From SAR202 cluster bacterium (GTDB taxonomy: Bacteria; Chloroflexota; Dehalococcoidia; Lucifugimonadales; UBA1123), in contig JASMDM010000003.1 of NCBI GenBank assembly GCA_030752795.1, positions 10,832 through 74,831 on the forward strand: 64,000 nucleotides of DNA, given 5' to 3'. How positions within the stretch are numbered: the stretch's first letter is position 1; every line of letters starts with the position of its first letter. Position numbers and translations under genes: made by a program. Of this stretch, positions 9,801 to 20,506 are shown in pieces. The notes under the pieces are model-generated. The model was not told the origin of the DNA and did no database searches. It saw only the letters and a program-made list of their open reading frames with translations.

Positions 9801-11024
9801 TTAGAAGAAGACTCCCGCTTCCTGGAGCTCGTCCATGCGGCCGCTGTCGACGCCCAAGACTTCGCTGAACACGTAGTCGTTGTGCTCGCCGATCATGGGC
9901 GCCGCGCGCCGAACTTCCCCGTTGCTTCCCGAGAATTTGGGGACGACGCCTTCCATCCTTAAAGTTCCGACTTCTCGGTCCGGATGCCAGGCGTCCACGT
10001 AGTGTTCGCGGTCCGCCATTTGTTCGTCGTGGTCCATCAGGTCATGTATGTTCTGGACAACCGCCGCGCCTATGCCTGCCGCCTGCAGCGCATCCATCAC
10101 GTCTTCGGCGGTTCGATCTTGGGTCCATTTCCGCACTTCGGCTTCCAGGGCTTCCCAATTTTCGACGCGGTCGGACACGAGTTTGAAACGAGGGTCGCCG
10201 AGGAGGTCCTGCCGGCCGATGGCCTGGCAAACGGCCTGCCACTCTTCGTCGGTGTAGACGCCGATGGCAACCCATCTATCGTCGCCCTGGCATCGGAACA
10301 CGCCCTCGACAGAAGCGGCCGGATGGGACAACCGATTCCCGTTGGCTCGGGGTTCGTTGCCGTTCGCGGCGTACTCGAGATACGCACTGCCCATGACATG
10401 GGCCATAGAAGTAAGCTGGGACGCGTCGATGTACTGCCCCTGCCCTGTTTTGTTCCGGTACTCGAGCGCCATCAAAATCGCCGCCGCCGCGTGCAATCCG
10501 GACGTGGTGTCACCGTAAGCTCCCGTGACCACCGGAACGTCGCCTTCGTATCCAGTCAGTTGCGTGAAGCCGGGCATGGCCTGCGCTATGTGGTAGTGCG
10601 ACGCGTATGTCGCGTAGGGACCGGTTTGCCCGTAACCGGAGAGGCTGATGTAGATGATGTCCGGCTTGGCCTTCCGCATCTCTTCGTAAGTCAGGCCCCA
10701 GCTCTGGAGCACGCCGCCCCTGAAGTTTTCGACCACGACGTCGCTGACTGAGATCATGTCCTTGATCAGGGCCAAGCCCTGTGGGTCACGAGCGTTTACT
10801 GACACACCCAACTTGCTCCGGTTGAAGTTGTCGAACGTGCCATAAGGGAACGGTTTGTCGAGATCGTTGTAACGGTTGACGTAGTTGCGCATGCCGTCGG
10901 GCCTGATCCGCGCCTCGATCTTGATCGATTCGGCGCCCATGTCGGCCAGAGTCTTGGTGCAGAACGGACCTGCGACCACCCAGGTAAAGTCTGTAATGCG
11001 GACTCCGCTCAAAGGTCCTGCCAT
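9801..11024 (-). CDS. Family III (CaiB/BaiF) CoA-transferase, catalytic BbsF-like subunit
   Basis: GPLSGVRITDFTWVVAGP, LADMGAE, NRSK, DVVVENFR, SLSGYGQTGP, YGD (catalytic Asp position), APMIGEHN. Confidence 0.92.
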   Translation of the reverse strand: MAGPLSGVRITDFTWVVAGPFCTKTLADMGAESIKIEARIRPDGMRNYVNRYNDLDKPFPYGTFDNFNRSKLGVSVNARDPQGLALIKDMISVSDVVVENFRGGVLQSWGLTYEEMRKAKPDIIYISLSGYGQTGPYATYASHYHIAQAMPGFTQLTGYEGDVPVVTGAYGDTTSGLHAAAAILMALEYRNKTGQGQYIDASQLTSMAHVMGSAYLEYAANGNEPRANGNRLSHPAASVEGVFRCQGDDRWVAIGVYTDEEWQAVCQAIGRQDLLGDPRFKLVSDRVENWEALEAEVRKWTQDRTAEDVMDALQAAGIGAAVVQNIHDLMDHDEQMADREHYVDAWHPDREVGTLRMEGVVPKFSGSNGEVRRAAPMIGEHNDYVFSEVLGVDSGRMDELQEAGVFF

Positions 11025-11144
11025 TGCCGTCCTCCGGTCTGTGTGATTCTGTCGAGCCACTGTCCGTGGCCCGATATTGGTTGAAATGAAATCGGCGAAC
11101 TGCCGGTCGCATCCGACCGGCAAATGCCGAGGAACTCGACCTGG

Positions 11145-12380
11145 TCAGATAATGCCTTCTTCGGCCAGAACGGTCAGCTCTGGCTTCGAAAGCGAGAGCT
11201 CTTTCTCGTAAATCGCTGTATTGTCTTCGCCGGTCAACGGCGCACGCCGCCGCATCGTCCACGGGGTGTCCGAGAATTGATATGGGGCGCCCGGGTACTT
11301 GATCTCGCGCCCGAGCTCGTTATGTTCGACGTCGACCCAGAATTCCCTGCTCTCCAATTGAGGATCGGCAAACACTTCGGATACGGAGTTGAGCGGAGCA
11401 CACTCGAGACCTCTGGCTTGTCCTTGATGAAAGAACTGTGCTTTGGTCTTGGTCATCGCCCAAGCGGTAACCACTTTTACGACATGGTCGACGTTGGCGC
11501 GCCGGTACTTGGGGTCCTGCCACTTCTCGTCGGTCAGGTCGCCCGCGGACTCCTCTTCGTCCATCCATTTCACGATCTGGTTTCCTCTCGGACTCCATCC
11601 GACGTTGATGTGCACCCAGCCGTCTTTGCACTGGATGACTTTGGTGCCTCCGAAGCCATTGACGTGGTCGTTGCCTCTACGGCCCGAGACGATGTTGTCG
11701 CCAACGTAGAACGAGACATCGTGCTCGACCTGTGCGGCGACGGCTTGCTGGAGCGATATGTCGACGTGCTGACCTTGACCCGTGCTCCAGCGCACATAGG
11801 TCGCAGCTAACGCCGATCCCACGGCAAACAGGCATCCAGCCTGCGAGGCTTGCCGCGCCCAGGGTCGTGTCGGCTGTTGCCAGCTCCAGCCGGTAGTGAA
11901 CATGTATCCGCTCGACGCCCAGCCGACCAGGTCGCCGCCTTTAAGGTGACCTTTCGGGCCGCCGCGACCGAACGGGCTGATCGATACATACACCAGCGCC
12001 GGGTTAACCTCCTTGAGCTCGTCGAACGACAAGCCTCTGTCGTCCATATACCCCGGGGGCATGCTCTCGACAAGGATGTCCGCGGTTTTGACGAGCCGTG
12101 CGAAGAGTTCTCGGCCTTCCGGTTTGTCCAACGAGAGCGTTACGCTTTTCTTGTTTGTGTTGTAGTGCCAGAAATGTATGCTTCGTTCGGGATGCGGCGC
12201 TTCATCCAGGAAGGGCCCTATCCGGCGTGTCTCCGCGCCTCCGGGCGGCTCGACGCGAACCACGTCGGCGCCCATGTCCGCAAACATCTTGCCGCAAAGT
12301 TCTCCCATGTCGTCCACGACCTCCAGCACACGCAGGTGCCCAAGGGCGGACGGTCGGGTGTCAGCACTCTCTTGAATCAT
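11145..12380 (-). CDS. Family III CoA-transferase, BbsE-like subunit
   Basis: ADMGADVVRVEPPGG, NTNKKSVTL, SISPFGRGGP, GQGQHVDIS, RRAPLTGED; no Asp at the expected catalytic position. Confidence 0.88.
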   Translation of the reverse strand: MIQESADTRPSALGHLRVLEVVDDMGELCGKMFADMGADVVRVEPPGGAETRRIGPFLDEAPHPERSIHFWHYNTNKKSVTLSLDKPEGRELFARLVKTADILVESMPPGYMDDRGLSFDELKEVNPALVYVSISPFGRGGPKGHLKGGDLVGWASSGYMFTTGWSWQQPTRPWARQASQAGCLFAVGSALAATYVRWSTGQGQHVDISLQQAVAAQVEHDVSFYVGDNIVSGRRGNDHVNGFGGTKVIQCKDGWVHINVGWSPRGNQIVKWMDEEESAGDLTDEKWQDPKYRRANVDHVVKVVTAWAMTKTKAQFFHQGQARGLECAPLNSVSEVFADPQLESREFWVDVEHNELGREIKYPGAPYQFSDTPWTMRRRAPLTGEDNTAIYEKELSLSKPELTVLAEEGII

Positions 12381-12747
12381 CGTCGAGCCTCCTCTTGGCA
12401 AACTGCCTTCGGCGGTCGGAATTATAGAACAGCTAATCAGGTTTCTCAATGCTGTTATCTTTGAGTGTCATGTTGCGATAGATCCAACCATGGCCAGATA
12501 TCCGCCCTAGAAGCGAATTTGTTGGAGGAATCATTGCGTTTCGCTGTTGGATACAACCTTAACCATCTGATTCGAGGTGGGAAGACAAACAAACTGAGGT
12601 TTGGAGATCGCTCATTGCGCGCGTTTGCCAACTGCTCCGTTAAGTCAACATGAGGTTCACGTATACACCGCCAGGTAATTGTGGCAGGATCGGATGGTTC
12701 ATAACGAACCGCCTGATTAGGGTCGCTTTGATCCTGCAATTCCTGTA

Positions 12748-12776
12748 TTGACATGCGCATATCGCAGTGCTATCGT
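12748..12776 (+). promoter_or_regulatory. Sigma70-type promoter of the ABC operon
   Basis: TTGACA (12748) - 17 nt - TATCGT (12771), with extended -10 TG. Confidence 0.65.
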
Positions 12777-12972
12777 ACCCATCCAAGCGTGCCAAGAGGG
12801 GCAGCGCGATTCAGTTGGCCCTAGGAATTGTGTAGGGACGCCGATCAATTCGACGTCGCGTGGGGGGTCCTGCATCCGCATACTCGCCATTACGAAGCGG
12901 TCTTGAGTCCGTACAGGGATCGTCTCATTTCATTGAGTCGACGAGAACCCAGAAGTTTGAAGGAGGGAAGTA

Positions 12973-15216
12973 ATGAGTTTTTGGAAGAAGAGTAGGTCGA
13001 CGACGACGTTGGCCTTTGTAGCGATGTTGGTATCGCTGGCCTTGATCTTCGGGGCTTGCGGAGCCGACGAAGAAGACGAACCGGATACGCCGGCAGCGCC
13101 TGCGCCGGCTCCCGTTCCGGCGGCGACCACCGCTCCCGCCCCGGCCCCTGCTCCGGCGCCCGCCCCGGCTCCCGCCCCCGCCCCGGCGCCGGCTCCGGTA
13201 ACGCCGTCAACGCCTTCGTCGTCCGGCACCGATCTGGTCGGAGTACTCGAGGGCCCGGTCACTTTGACCGACGTCAGCACGTTCCCGACATCCTTTGGCG
13301 AAGCGCCTCAACTGGCCGCCATGGTCGCCGCGGGCAAGCTTCCACCGGTCGAAGAGCGACTGCCAAGCGCAGAAGGTTTGCTCGTAATCCAGTCCGTTGA
13401 CGCTGTCAGAGGCGAAAACGGCATTGGTGAGTACGGCGGCATTTGGCGGCGAGGCTTTACAGGCCCAGCCGACAAGTGGAACGGCTACCGCTGCTGCTCC
13501 GGACCGGACCACGTGTTGTTCTGGGACTTCACAGGATCCGTCCCTCAGCCGAACATCGCGAAAGGCTGGGAATTTAATTCAGACGGCCGAGAGTTGACCC
13601 TTTTCTTGCGTGAAGGCATGAGATGGTCTGACGGCGACCCGTTTGATGCGGACGACTTCATGTTCTGGTTCGACGTTCTGTATCAGAATGAAGAGCTTGT
13701 GCCAAACAAAACGCCATGGTTTGCCATCAATGGCAAACAGGGCACCATGTCGAAAATCGACGATTACACGCTCAAGATCACGTTCCCTGACCCATACTTC
13801 TTCTTCGCGGACGTGTTGGCAGGCGCAACGGCGTTGGGCGGGCATGCGTACCAAGGCCTTCGAGGCATGGGCTTTTTCGCGCCGAAGCATTACCTCGAGC
13901 AGTTCGTCCCCGAAATCGCTGGTCAGGACGTCGTCGACAAATTGGCGTCGGACGAAGGCTACGACAACTGGGTGAACCTGTTCAAGTTCAAGAATGACTG
14001 GGCGCTCAACCCAGAGGTGCCGGTAGTCACCCCCTGGCAAACCGTAACACCGATCAACACCCCGACGTGGAAGCTCGAGCGCAACCCGTACTACTTCGCG
14101 GTAGACACGGAGGGCAATCAGCTCCCCTACATCGACACCGTCATTCTGTCGTTGGCTGAAGACCTCGAGGTCATTAACCTGCGAGCAATCGCCGGTGAGT
14201 TTGACTGGCAAGCCAGGCATCTGAACATGGCCAAGGTGCCGGTGTACATCGAAAACCAGGAGAAGGGCGACTACACGCTCTACTTCGACACACAAGAGGT
14301 CGGAAGCGACGTCGCGCTGAAGTTCAACATGGACTTCACACTCGACCCAGAGGTGGGCAAGTGGCTCGCCAGCGCCGACTTCCGCCGAGCCGTGTCCATG
14401 GGCATCGAACGGGACCAGCTCAACGAGGTGTTCTGGCTTGGTTTGGGCGTTCCCGGTTCCCACTCGCCAGCTGCATCGAACCTGTATGCTCCGGAACCAG
14501 AATCTGAATGGCGCGACAAGTGGTCGACGTTCGACCCCGAGCTCGCAAACCAGATGCTGGACGACCTGGGCTTGGACAAGCGAGACAGCGACGGCTTCAG
14601 GCTGCGCACCGACAACGGCGAACGCTTGGTCATGGAGATCAGCGGCCGCACGGCGCAGTTCATGGAGTTCGTGCAGATCGCAGAGATGGTCGCCGAGCAG
14701 TGGGGCAATAACCTGGGCCTCAAGACCAACGCGATCGGAGTCGAGCGAAGCCTTGAAGGTGAGCGTGAGGTCTCCGGTGAGATTCAGATTTCGTCCGCCT
14801 GGGGTGACGGCAGCGACCACCTGTTCACGTTCCCCGGACACGTATTCACGTCCAACGCGTTCGGATACCAGTTGCAGTTGTGGCGCATTACGAACGGCGA
14901 GAAGGGCACAGAGCCCCAGCAGCCGTTCAAGGATGTCATCGCGAAATACGTGAAGGCATTCGGCGTACCTGCTGACGAGCGGATCAAATTGGGCAAGGAA
15001 CTCTGGGAGATCGTCATCGACCAGGCGTGGATCGTTGGCCTCGTCGGCCAGTCTCCCGCCTCACTAGGTGTACGAGTTGTGAAGAACGACCTGGGCAACA
15101 TCCCCGCCAGGCAGTACAACAACCCAGACACCAAAACCCCCAGCATTTCTCGACCAGTCACGTGGTACTGGAAGAGCGCTGAGAATCGTCAACCACAACC
15201 CCTGTCCTACGAATAA
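12973..15216 (+). CDS. ABC transporter substrate-binding lipoprotein, family 5 (Opp/Dpp-like)
   Basis: Lipobox FGAC, (AP)n linker, [47 protein letters not shown]. Confidence 0.92.
   Translation: [747 protein letters not shown]
13096..13200 (+). repeat. Coding tandem hexamer repeat (GCNCCN)n encoding the Ala-Pro linker
   Basis: [33 protein letters not shown] with varied synonymous codons. Confidence 0.85.
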
Positions 15217-15410
15217 CCTGTAAGACGAACCCAGGGAAACCATATGGGCTGCCTCAGGGAGACGCGCCATGCCAACCGAATGGATGTGCGAGTCGCCCTG
15301 GGGCGGTCCATCAATCGTGTCACAAGCCGCTGGGCAACTGTTGATTGAGGAGCCGGGAGTGTCCCAATGGCTCGTGGTCCAAATCTCCGTGAAATCATCA
15401 AAGGTCTGAA

Positions 15411-16400
15411 GTGCTAGGCTTTATAATTCGTCGTCTCCTGCTCTCACTGCTGACCATATTTGCGGTGTCGGTCATTTCTTTTGCAATTATCCAACTCCCC
15501 CCCGGCGACTACGTTTCGACGTATATCGCACAGCTCCTGACATCTGGTGAGGTGATCGACGAGACCGAGGCGGCAAACTTACGTGCCCAATACGGTCTGG
15601 ATAGTCCGTTTCCCGTGCAGTATTACAAATGGGTAAGCAGCGCCATTCAAGGCGATTTCGGCCTTTCCATGGAGTATCAACGGCCTGTCGGTGACGTTAT
15701 CGGAGATCGCCTCGCGTTAACGGCAGCGCTGGCGTTCGTCTCCATTGTTTTTACCTGGGTATTGGCGATCCCGATAGGCGTCTATTCTGCGGTGAAACAA
15801 TACTCTGTCGGCGATTATGTATTCACGTTCATAGGCTTTTTGGGCTTGGCCATCCCTAACTTCCTGCTGGCACTCGTATTGCTGTATTTCGGGTTTGTAT
15901 ATTTGGACGCCAACATCGGCGGGCTGTTCTCACCTGGAATGGTTGACCAACCGTACGGCCCCGCCAAAGTCTGGGACCTGTTGACTCACCTATGGCTGCC
16001 GTCGCTGATACTTGCTGTGGCAGGCACGGCCCAACTCATTCGCGTATTGCGGGCGAACATGCTGGACGAACTGCGAAAACCGTACGTGGTCACTGCTAGG
16101 GCGAAGGGGTTGGGTGAGTGGCGCGTCGTGACCAAGTACCCTTTGCGCGTCGCCATGAACCCGCTGATGAGCACGGTGGGTTATTTGCTGCCCCTGCTGG
16201 TGTCCGGCAGCATCATCGTTTCCATCGTGATGAGCCTGCCAACTGTCGGTCCGATGTTGCTTCGGTCCCTGCTGGCTCAGGACATGTTTTTGGCTGGCAC
16301 CATCATCATGCTCATTGGAGTCATGACCGTAATCGGAACTTTTATCTCAGATTTATTGCTAGCGTGGATTGATCCTCGTATAAGAGTGGAGAACTCATAG
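15411..16400 (+). CDS. ABC transporter permease (DppB/OppB-like)
   Basis: LPPGD, YGLD, GDFGLS, EAA loop YVVTARAKGL. Confidence 0.92.
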   Translation: MLGFIIRRLLLSLLTIFAVSVISFAIIQLPPGDYVSTYIAQLLTSGEVIDETEAANLRAQYGLDSPFPVQYYKWVSSAIQGDFGLSMEYQRPVGDVIGDRLALTAALAFVSIVFTWVLAIPIGVYSAVKQYSVGDYVFTFIGFLGLAIPNFLLALVLLYFGFVYLDANIGGLFSPGMVDQPYGPAKVWDLLTHLWLPSLILAVAGTAQLIRVLRANMLDELRKPYVVTARAKGLGEWRVVTKYPLRVAMNPLMSTVGYLLPLLVSGSIIVSIVMSLPTVGPMLLRSLLAQDMFLAGTIIMLIGVMTVIGTFISDLLLAWIDPRIRVENS

Positions 16401-17546
16401 ATGGCCGAAGAAAGCGCTGCTCTGGGGAGAGCCTTGGACGACGCAGCGGATCGTTCGTCGGAGCGAGTCTATTCTGCCACTCAGTGGCAGTTGATGTGGT
16501 GGCGACTCCGCAGGCACCGACTGGCGATGGTCGCGGCTGTTGTATTAATTGGGTTCTACATAGTAGTCCTTGGCGCGAATTTTTTGGCAATTTCTGATCC
16601 GCAATTCAGTGAGGCCTTTCGGGGTGAAATGCCGCCTCAGCGTCTGCATTTCTTTGACGGTTGGTCGCCAGGCTTGTACGTCAATGGTGTGTCCGGTGCG
16701 CGAGACCTCAAGACTTTCAAGAAAATCTACGTGAACGACCCCGAAGTCAAAATTCCGGTGAGGTTGTTTGCGCGCGGGTATGAATACAAATTCCTGGGCC
16801 TCATCAGGACCGACAGGCATTTGCTTGGAGTCAGTGCTCCTTACAAATCCGAGGAGACCCTATTCTTGATTGGCACCGACGTTCAGGGCAGAGACGTCTG
16901 GTCACGGCTGATGTTGGCGACCAGAATATCCATGCTCATTGGTTTGGTCAGTGTGGTGATTAGCCTCATACTGGGAGTCGTGCTTGGAGGAGTATCGGGT
17001 TACTACGGAGGTTGGCCGGACATAATAATTCAGCGCGTGATCGAGATCCTTCGATCCATTCCCACGATTCCTCTCTGGATGGGCATCGCGGCGGCAGTGC
17101 CTCGAGAGTGGTCCATCATCAAGATATATTTCGCCATCACCATCATCATCTCACTGATCGGCTGGACGACACTGGCACGCGAAGTACGCGGTCGGTTCCT
17201 CTCATTGAGAGACGAAGACTTCGTAACGGCCGCCGAACTCTCGGGCGCGAGCAAGATGCGGATCATCTTCCGCCACATGGCGCCGTCGTTCTTGAGCCAC
17301 ATCATCGCATCGACGACTCTAGCGCTGCCGGCGATTATCATTAGCGAAACATCTCTGAGTTTCCTTGGGTTGGGACTTCGGCCGCCGGCGATCTCTTGGG
17401 GCGTCATGCTCCAAGCCGCGCAGAACGTGCAGACGATCGCCCTCACACCGTGGTTGATGGTCCCTGCAGTCCCCGTGATCGGCGCCGTCTTGGCGTTCAA
17501 CTTCTTGGGCGACGGCCTTCGGGACGCCGCGGATCCTTACGGGTAA
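16401..17546 (+). CDS. ABC transporter permease (DppC/OppC-like)
   Basis: GTDVQGRDVWSRL, DFVTAAELSGAS, LSFLGLG, NFLGDGLRDAADP. Confidence 0.92.
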   Translation: MAEESAALGRALDDAADRSSERVYSATQWQLMWWRLRRHRLAMVAAVVLIGFYIVVLGANFLAISDPQFSEAFRGEMPPQRLHFFDGWSPGLYVNGVSGARDLKTFKKIYVNDPEVKIPVRLFARGYEYKFLGLIRTDRHLLGVSAPYKSEETLFLIGTDVQGRDVWSRLMLATRISMLIGLVSVVISLILGVVLGGVSGYYGGWPDIIIQRVIEILRSIPTIPLWMGIAAAVPREWSIIKIYFAITIIISLIGWTTLAREVRGRFLSLRDEDFVTAAELSGASKMRIIFRHMAPSFLSHIIASTTLALPAIIISETSLSFLGLGLRPPAISWGVMLQAAQNVQTIALTPWLMVPAVPVIGAVLAFNFLGDGLRDAADPYG

Positions 17547-17562
17547 ACTATTGGAAGTTAAC

Positions 17563-18585
17563 GTGAGCAATCAGACAGAAGAATTCCTCTCCGTGCGCAA
17601 TCTGGTAACCCACTTCCCGCTCGACGAAGGAACCGTCGTCGCGGTCGATGGAGCGAGTTTCGATGTCCAGGCAGGCATGACACTCGGGATCGTTGGAGAG
17701 AGCGGTTGCGGAAAGAGCGTCGCCGCCCGGTCCATACTGCGCATATTGGATAAACCCGGCGTTATTGTCGACGGCGAAATACGGTTCCGGCGCAGAAGCG
17801 CCAACGGCGAAGTCGGCGAAGTCGTCGACCTAACCACGTACGACGCGGACGGAGACGAGATGCGCTCCATCCGCGGTGGTGAAATCGCGTACGTATTCCA
17901 AGAGCCGATGACTTCCTTCAGTCCTGTCCACACAATCGGCAACCAACTTATGGAAGCCATACTGCTCCATCGGAACGTTTCTAAAAAAGAAGCCGAAGAA
18001 ATCGCATTAGACATGCTGAGGCAAGTGGGCATTCCGTTGCCGGAAGAGCGCATTCGCCAGTATTCGTTCGAGTTGAGCGGAGGACTGAGGCAGCGGGCTA
18101 TGATTGCGATGGCCTTGTCGTGCAACCCTAGCCTCCTGATCGCCGACGAACCTACAACCGCATTGGACGTAACGACCCAGGCGCAGATTCTCGAGTTGCT
18201 CCAGAACCTGCAAAAAGATTTCGGGATGGCTGTGATGCTGATCACCCACGACCTTGGCGTGATCGCTGAAATGGCCGACAACGTAGTCGTCATGTACCTG
18301 GGCAAAGTCGTGGAGAGTGCGCCGGTCGACGATATCTTCCACAACCCGAAGCACCCATACACCAAAGCTTTGCTCGAATCGATTCCCCGTGTTCAATCGG
18401 GGTCGAGAGAAAAGCTAGCGTCCATAACGGGATCAATCCCCCATCCGTATGACAGACCCACCGGATGCGCGTTCAATCCTCGTTGCCCCGCGTTCATGGA
18501 GGGCACTTGCGACGTTGGAGAACCCGAATTAACAAACGTGGAAAGCAATCATCAGGTGAGCTGCTTTCTGTTTCAGGGAGGATGA
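17563..18585 (+). CDS. ABC transporter ATP-binding protein (DppD/OppD-like)
   Basis: GESGCGKS, LSGGLRQR, IADEPTTALD, C-terminal Cys-rich oligo_HPY domain; start GTG 17563 or TTG 17551. Confidence 0.93.
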   Translation: MSNQTEEFLSVRNLVTHFPLDEGTVVAVDGASFDVQAGMTLGIVGESGCGKSVAARSILRILDKPGVIVDGEIRFRRRSANGEVGEVVDLTTYDADGDEMRSIRGGEIAYVFQEPMTSFSPVHTIGNQLMEAILLHRNVSKKEAEEIALDMLRQVGIPLPEERIRQYSFELSGGLRQRAMIAMALSCNPSLLIADEPTTALDVTTQAQILELLQNLQKDFGMAVMLITHDLGVIAEMADNVVVMYLGKVVESAPVDDIFHNPKHPYTKALLESIPRVQSGSREKLASITGSIPHPYDRPTGCAFNPRCPAFMEGTCDVGEPELTNVESNHQVSCFLFQGG

Positions 18586-18588
18586 CGC

Positions 18589-19641
18589 GTGGTTGAAAGT
18601 ACCCAGCAAGCTCCTAAAAGGCTTTTGGACGTCACCGACCTCCGCAAGTACTTTCCGATCAAAAAGGGGTTCCTCAGAAAACAAGTTGGCGCCATACGCG
18701 CCGTTGACGACGTCAGCTTTTTCATCAACGAGGGCGAGACATTAGGGCTTGTCGGCGAAAGCGGTTGCGGCAAGACAACGACTTCACGTTGCATTCTGAG
18801 GGCGGTCGAACCAACCTCAGGACAGATAATGTTCAGGAGCACGATCGGCGAAGAAGTCGATGTCGCAAAGCTCCCGTCGTCGCAACTCCGGCTGCTGCGA
18901 CGCGAGATGCAGATGATCTTTCAGGATCCTTTCTCGTCGCTGAACCCGCGTATGACCCTTTTGGACATCGTGGGCGAGCCTCTGACGAATCACAACATCG
19001 GCAACCGCAGCGAGCGCGAAGACCGGGTTGCGGACGCTTTGAAGTTGGTGGGGCTGCGCCCCGAATTCATGCGGAGGTTTCCGCACGCTTTCAGCGGAGG
19101 CCAAAGACAGCGCATCGGCATTGCGCGAGCGCTTGTGCTCAGGCCGCGCCTGATAGTTGCAGACGAACCGGTGTCGGCGCTCGACGTGTCAGTCCAGGCC
19201 CAAGTGCTCAACTTAATGTTGGACCTGCAAGAAGAACTCGATCTAACATATCTGTTCGTCGCCCACGACCTCAGCGTCGTCAAGCACATCAGCGATCGAG
19301 TCGCGGTGATGTACGTCGGAAAGATGGTCGAGGTTGCGACGTCGGAGGAACTGTTCGCTCAACCCAAGCACCCGTACACGTCCGCCCTTCTGTCGTCCAA
19401 CCCTCAACCAGACCCCAGAACCCGTTCCGAACGAGTGGTGCTTCAAGGCGAGGTCGCCAACCCAGCCGACCCGCCTCTGGGATGTTATTTCAATCCGCGT
19501 TGCTCATATGCGACAGATGTGTGCCGATCGCAACCTCCACAGTTGACTGAGATCTCACCCAACCACTTTGTGAGTTGCCATCGAGCGGAAGAGCTTGAGT
19601 TGCCCGGTGTCGCAATGGCCAAAGCGGACGGCATTGGCTGA
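18589..19641 (+). CDS. ABC transporter ATP-binding protein (DppF/OppF-like)
   Basis: [38 protein letters not shown]. Confidence 0.93.
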   Translation: MVESTQQAPKRLLDVTDLRKYFPIKKGFLRKQVGAIRAVDDVSFFINEGETLGLVGESGCGKTTTSRCILRAVEPTSGQIMFRSTIGEEVDVAKLPSSQLRLLRREMQMIFQDPFSSLNPRMTLLDIVGEPLTNHNIGNRSEREDRVADALKLVGLRPEFMRRFPHAFSGGQRQRIGIARALVLRPRLIVADEPVSALDVSVQAQVLNLMLDLQEELDLTYLFVAHDLSVVKHISDRVAVMYVGKMVEVATSEELFAQPKHPYTSALLSSNPQPDPRTRSERVVLQGEVANPADPPLGCYFNPRCSYATDVCRSQPPQLTEISPNHFVSCHRAEELELPGVAMAKADGIG

Positions 19642-20308
19642 CAACCGCACCGATCGAGAGATCGAGGCTGCCGAAACATTAAGAGCGCGGAGTCATTGGC
19701 GCAAGATCCGCCGCATTCGGCTGGTGGTGTCAGTGGCGATTTGCGGCGGAGGGGTCGGCGTTGCCGCTCTGTATCTGGTCTTCTTGGCGGCGACTGAATA
19801 TCCGAAAACCCCTGAACACCTCGACTTCACGAACGCGCTGATATTAGGCCTCGGGGCTTTCGTGCCCACCGCACTTTTAGCAGCAGCAATTACGTGGGCG
19901 ATAAGCGAGAGGGTTGAGAACGCCCGCGGGATTCTTGTTTGGGTAGGCGTCGGTTTCAGCTTCGGCATATCATCCTCGTTTGTGACCGGCTTGTTCATTC
20001 CGTTCGGCACGGTGTTCGTCCGGTTCTTCACTGGGAAGATCGCGGCTGGCGACGTGTTCGTCGACGCGGTGGATTCGTTGTTCCGCGGTATTTCGGTCGC
20101 TTTCTCCCACGGCGCGTTCGGCGTGTTCACGGGCATGACGGCCGGAGTGATTTTGAGCGTGGGCGCCTACGTGATCGACCGCACAAACTCAATGTTGAAC
20201 TTGACGGTCCAGCGTTTCGCTCCACCCACGATCGCGGTTGTGATCGCGATCATTGTCGTCGCAATCGCGTCATTCGGCCCTGTCGAATTCTTGGCGAAAC
20301 TCGGATAG
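19634..20308 (+). CDS. Hypothetical integral membrane protein
   Basis: About 5 hydrophobic segments; probable TTG start overlapping the end of the upstream ATPase gene. Confidence 0.6.
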   Translation: MADNRTDREIEAAETLRARSHWRKIRRIRLVVSVAICGGGVGVAALYLVFLAATEYPKTPEHLDFTNALILGLGAFVPTALLAAAITWAISERVENARGILVWVGVGFSFGISSSFVTGLFIPFGTVFVRFFTGKIAAGDVFVDAVDSLFRGISVAFSHGAFGVFTGMTAGVILSVGAYVIDRTNSMLNLTVQRFAPPTIAVVIAIIVVAIASFGPVEFLAKLG

Positions 20309-20506
20309 ACCCCACTTCACACTCTTCACTCGAAGCCCAACCGGACCTTGAATCCGAGAGACAAGCGTCAGTACGGAAACGTCGCCGAGGCAAGCTACCT
20401 TCTGCGGTAACCAAGCTTGCGAGTCCGCTTGACCGACGCATAGCGCCGGTGATAGCTAGCTTGCAGCAAAACGTCTGTTAATTCGAGAAACGTTCTTCAG
20501 GTAAAC

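Noticed and set aside
13096-13200. Tandem repeat as a possible CRISPR or VNTR contingency locus
   Set aside because: It is an in-frame Ala-Pro linker with synonymous variation; there are no spacers or cas genes
13579-14841. 420-aa antisense ORF (likewise 17571..18365, 37006..38079, 60527..61540 and the same-strand 20623..21960)
   Set aside because: These are shadows of well-supported genes, expected from GC-rich codon bias, and carry no motifs
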